From Eledone cirrhosa (taxonomy: Eukaryota), in assembly GCA_964016885.1 (NCBI GenBank), contig OZ024743.1, positions 49,166,001 to 49,230,000 of the forward strand: a stretch of 64,000 nt of DNA, in the 5' to 3' direction. Position 1 is the stretch's first letter. Every line of letters starts with the position of its first letter. Of this stretch, positions 61,901 to 64,000 are shown piece by piece. Both the position numbers and the translations under genes were made by a program. Below the pieces are notes generated by a model, which was not told the origin of the DNA, searched no databases, and worked only from the letters and a program-made list of their open reading frames with translations.

Positions 61901-63099
61901 TTTGTTGGATGAAAGTCATGCTGAGTGTCAGATAAAAGTTATGTTTCCCACTTTGATGACTTTCCCACTATGATGACTTTGCTGGGACCTGAAATGTTTA
62001 GCATCTGCTCTGTTTGTGGACAGAGCATATAACTTCTTTTAACTTCTTTTCAGCACCTTTATTATCAATGCCTTCAACAATAATAACAGCTCACATCAAG
62101 TTTTCTAGAGGTACTGAATATAAAATAGAGATTAACTTCAGATAAAAAGTGTGTGTGAAAGATAGACTGGAACAGTTGTCTCAAAACAAATTTTATAAAG
62201 ATTGTCAATTAACTTTAGTGTGTAACCCAGTTCTCGGGTCTGCTCAGCCTCTTGTTTTTCTTTCATAGATTGATAAAATAACTGGAACTGTTGGGTGTGG
62301 TCTAATTTAACAGTTACAAATGGGATATTTACCTTTTACTTAGAATTAGAAAAGTGACTGTTGTGCTTAGGTTTATGTGGCTTTGTTAGTTGGCCTCCTG
62401 TATGGTTGCATTTTACAGGTCTCTTGGGTGTTTTAGTAATAGCAACTATTATATCATAGTTTAGATGGCTTGCCCTACATTCAATATCTTGCAGAGAAAC
62501 ACTTGATACTGAATCTTTAGATTATGTTACACAATACATTGTTATGAGAGAATCAATTGCAGTATTTTAATTGTGAACTGATAACATTCTTGCTTAACCC
62601 TTTTCTGACTATGTTTTAATTAATTTTCAATATAATCAAAATTTTGAAAAGCTTAAGTAAAATATATGTAACTTTATTTATTGGTATTTTATGTTGATTA
62701 ACTGAAATCCCATGTTTTCAATAATATTGTGATAAGATATTGATTTAAATATGAACACTGAAGGCAGTCTCAACTGAGTATTTTATGATCCCTTATAATG
62801 TATTAAAGAACCCCACCTCAAACTAAACTATAAAATATTCAACAAATGATCTGATTAATATTTATTCAATAATTCCTTCCACCAAATAACATGCTGGCCA
62901 TTAATATGTCAGCTTGGACATTAAAATCATCTAATTTAGTGGTACTTAATCATTTCTGCTCCAAGCCCTACCATAACACCTCAAAAAATTTGATGCTCCC
63001 TCCTTCCTCAGTATAAAATCATGCTTGATGTTTAAATGATATGTAAAATTTAGAAATTTAATTAATACTACCATCCTAAAATTACAATATTAGTTAAAA

Positions 63100-63225
63100 C
63101 TAGACCACCAGTGGCCCGTTGGGTCAAGTTCGCTTCAAAACATTTTTTTAAAATCAAGTTCACTTCAAAATAATTTCTAAATAATTAAAATATACGCAGA
63201 CATGTATATAATGTAAAATGAAATT
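63100..63225 (-). mobile_element. Possible Helitron 3' end fragment
   Basis: Minus strand: tgaccc-aac-gggcca hairpin, 8 nt, CTAG|T. Confidence 0.4.
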
Positions 63226-63254
63226 TTATATATGTGTGTGTGTGTGTGTGTGTG

Positions 63255-63517
63255 TACAGCTATAGAAATGAGATGATAGGGCTGGGGTCCATATCATTCC
63301 ACTGCAAAATAGTCGTGGAGGTGCCACGGCAAAAAAGCACCCAGCACTCACTGTAAATGAGGTTGGTGTTAGGAAGGGCATCCAGCTGTAGAAATCAAGC
63401 CAGAATCAGTTCCCGTATGAGCAAAACAAGGTCAGCCGACTGGACACTGCCCACAACAGGACAACCCGTCTATAGCGTGGAAGAACGGACGTAAAACAGT
63501 GATCATGATGATGATGA

Positions 63518-63520
<3 letters not shown>
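63255..63520 (+). mobile_element. 5'-truncated CORE-type SINE with an alternative 3' tail
   Basis: Matches the 47799 SINE up to 'aatcagttcccgt', then diverges ('atgagcaaaacaaggtcagccga...gcgtggaagaacggacgtaaaac'). Confidence 0.75.
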
Positions 63521-63583
<63 letters not shown>

Positions 63584-63587
<4 letters not shown>

Positions 63588-64000
63588 CTCTTCCTTGTGA
63601 GGCAGTTACAGGAAAAGTACCTAGCTAAAAGTAAGCCACTCTACCTGGCATTTGTCGATCTCGAGAAAGCCTTTGACAGAGTTCCACGTGCTATAATCTG
63701 GTGGGCTCTTAGAAAACTAGGAGTAGATGAATGGCTTGTGAAAGCTGTACAAGCCATGTATAGGGGAGCAGTCAGCAAAGTTAGGATTAGCAATGAGTAT
63801 AGCGAGGAATTTAGCGTACAGGTTGGTGTCTACCAGGGCTCTGTTCTTAGCCCTCTCCTGTTCATCATAGTCCTGCAGGCAATAATGGAGGAGTTTAAGA
63901 CCGGATGCCCATGGGAACTCCTGTATACAGATGACCTCGCACTTAGAGCTGAATCTATGGTAGAACTAGAGAAGAAATTCCAAACTTGGAAGCAGGGACT
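63584..64000 (+). mobile_element. 5'-truncated RTE LINE running off the window end
   Basis: 'ALFLVRQLQEKYLAKSKPLYLAFVDLEKAFDRVP...GVYQGSVLSPLLFII...GCPWELLYTDDL'. Confidence 0.92.

Noticed and set aside
42608-64000. Second coding exon of PKA-RI (linker with RRxA/G inhibitor site)
   Set aside because: No matching peptide found by eye; presumed to lie beyond the window, although a small exon could have been missed

Overview
AT-rich animal (eukaryotic) DNA packed with (TA)n/(GAT)n microsatellites, minisatellites and transposon relics. The repeat spectrum suggests a cephalopod (octopus-like) genome, which is an inference. The only host gene supported is the first coding exon of a type I cAMP-dependent protein kinase regulatory subunit (PKA-RI dimerisation/docking domain, 42443-42607, + strand). 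Its putative promoter has CRE, CCAAT and YY1 motifs, and the following intron apparently runs past the window end. The rest is mobile DNA: about 9 RTE-clade LINE copies (one family with a PHD finger inserted in the RT), two tRNA-derived SINE families, piggyBac-type and mariner-type MITEs, Tc1/mariner and hAT transposase relics, CRE-clade endonuclease relics and non-autonomous Helitrons. The least obvious signal is a set of short non-coding fold-back elements embedded in (TA)n tracts that carry minimal type I hammerhead ribozymes. There are 7 copies with intact CUGANGA/GAAA/UH cores in 2-3 families, with compensatory stem changes, plus several decayed copies. They resemble Penelope-type pseudo-LTRs or retrozymes. 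Five intact copies lie in the PKA-RI intron, two of them on the sense strand. All calls were made by eye; repeat boundaries are approximate.
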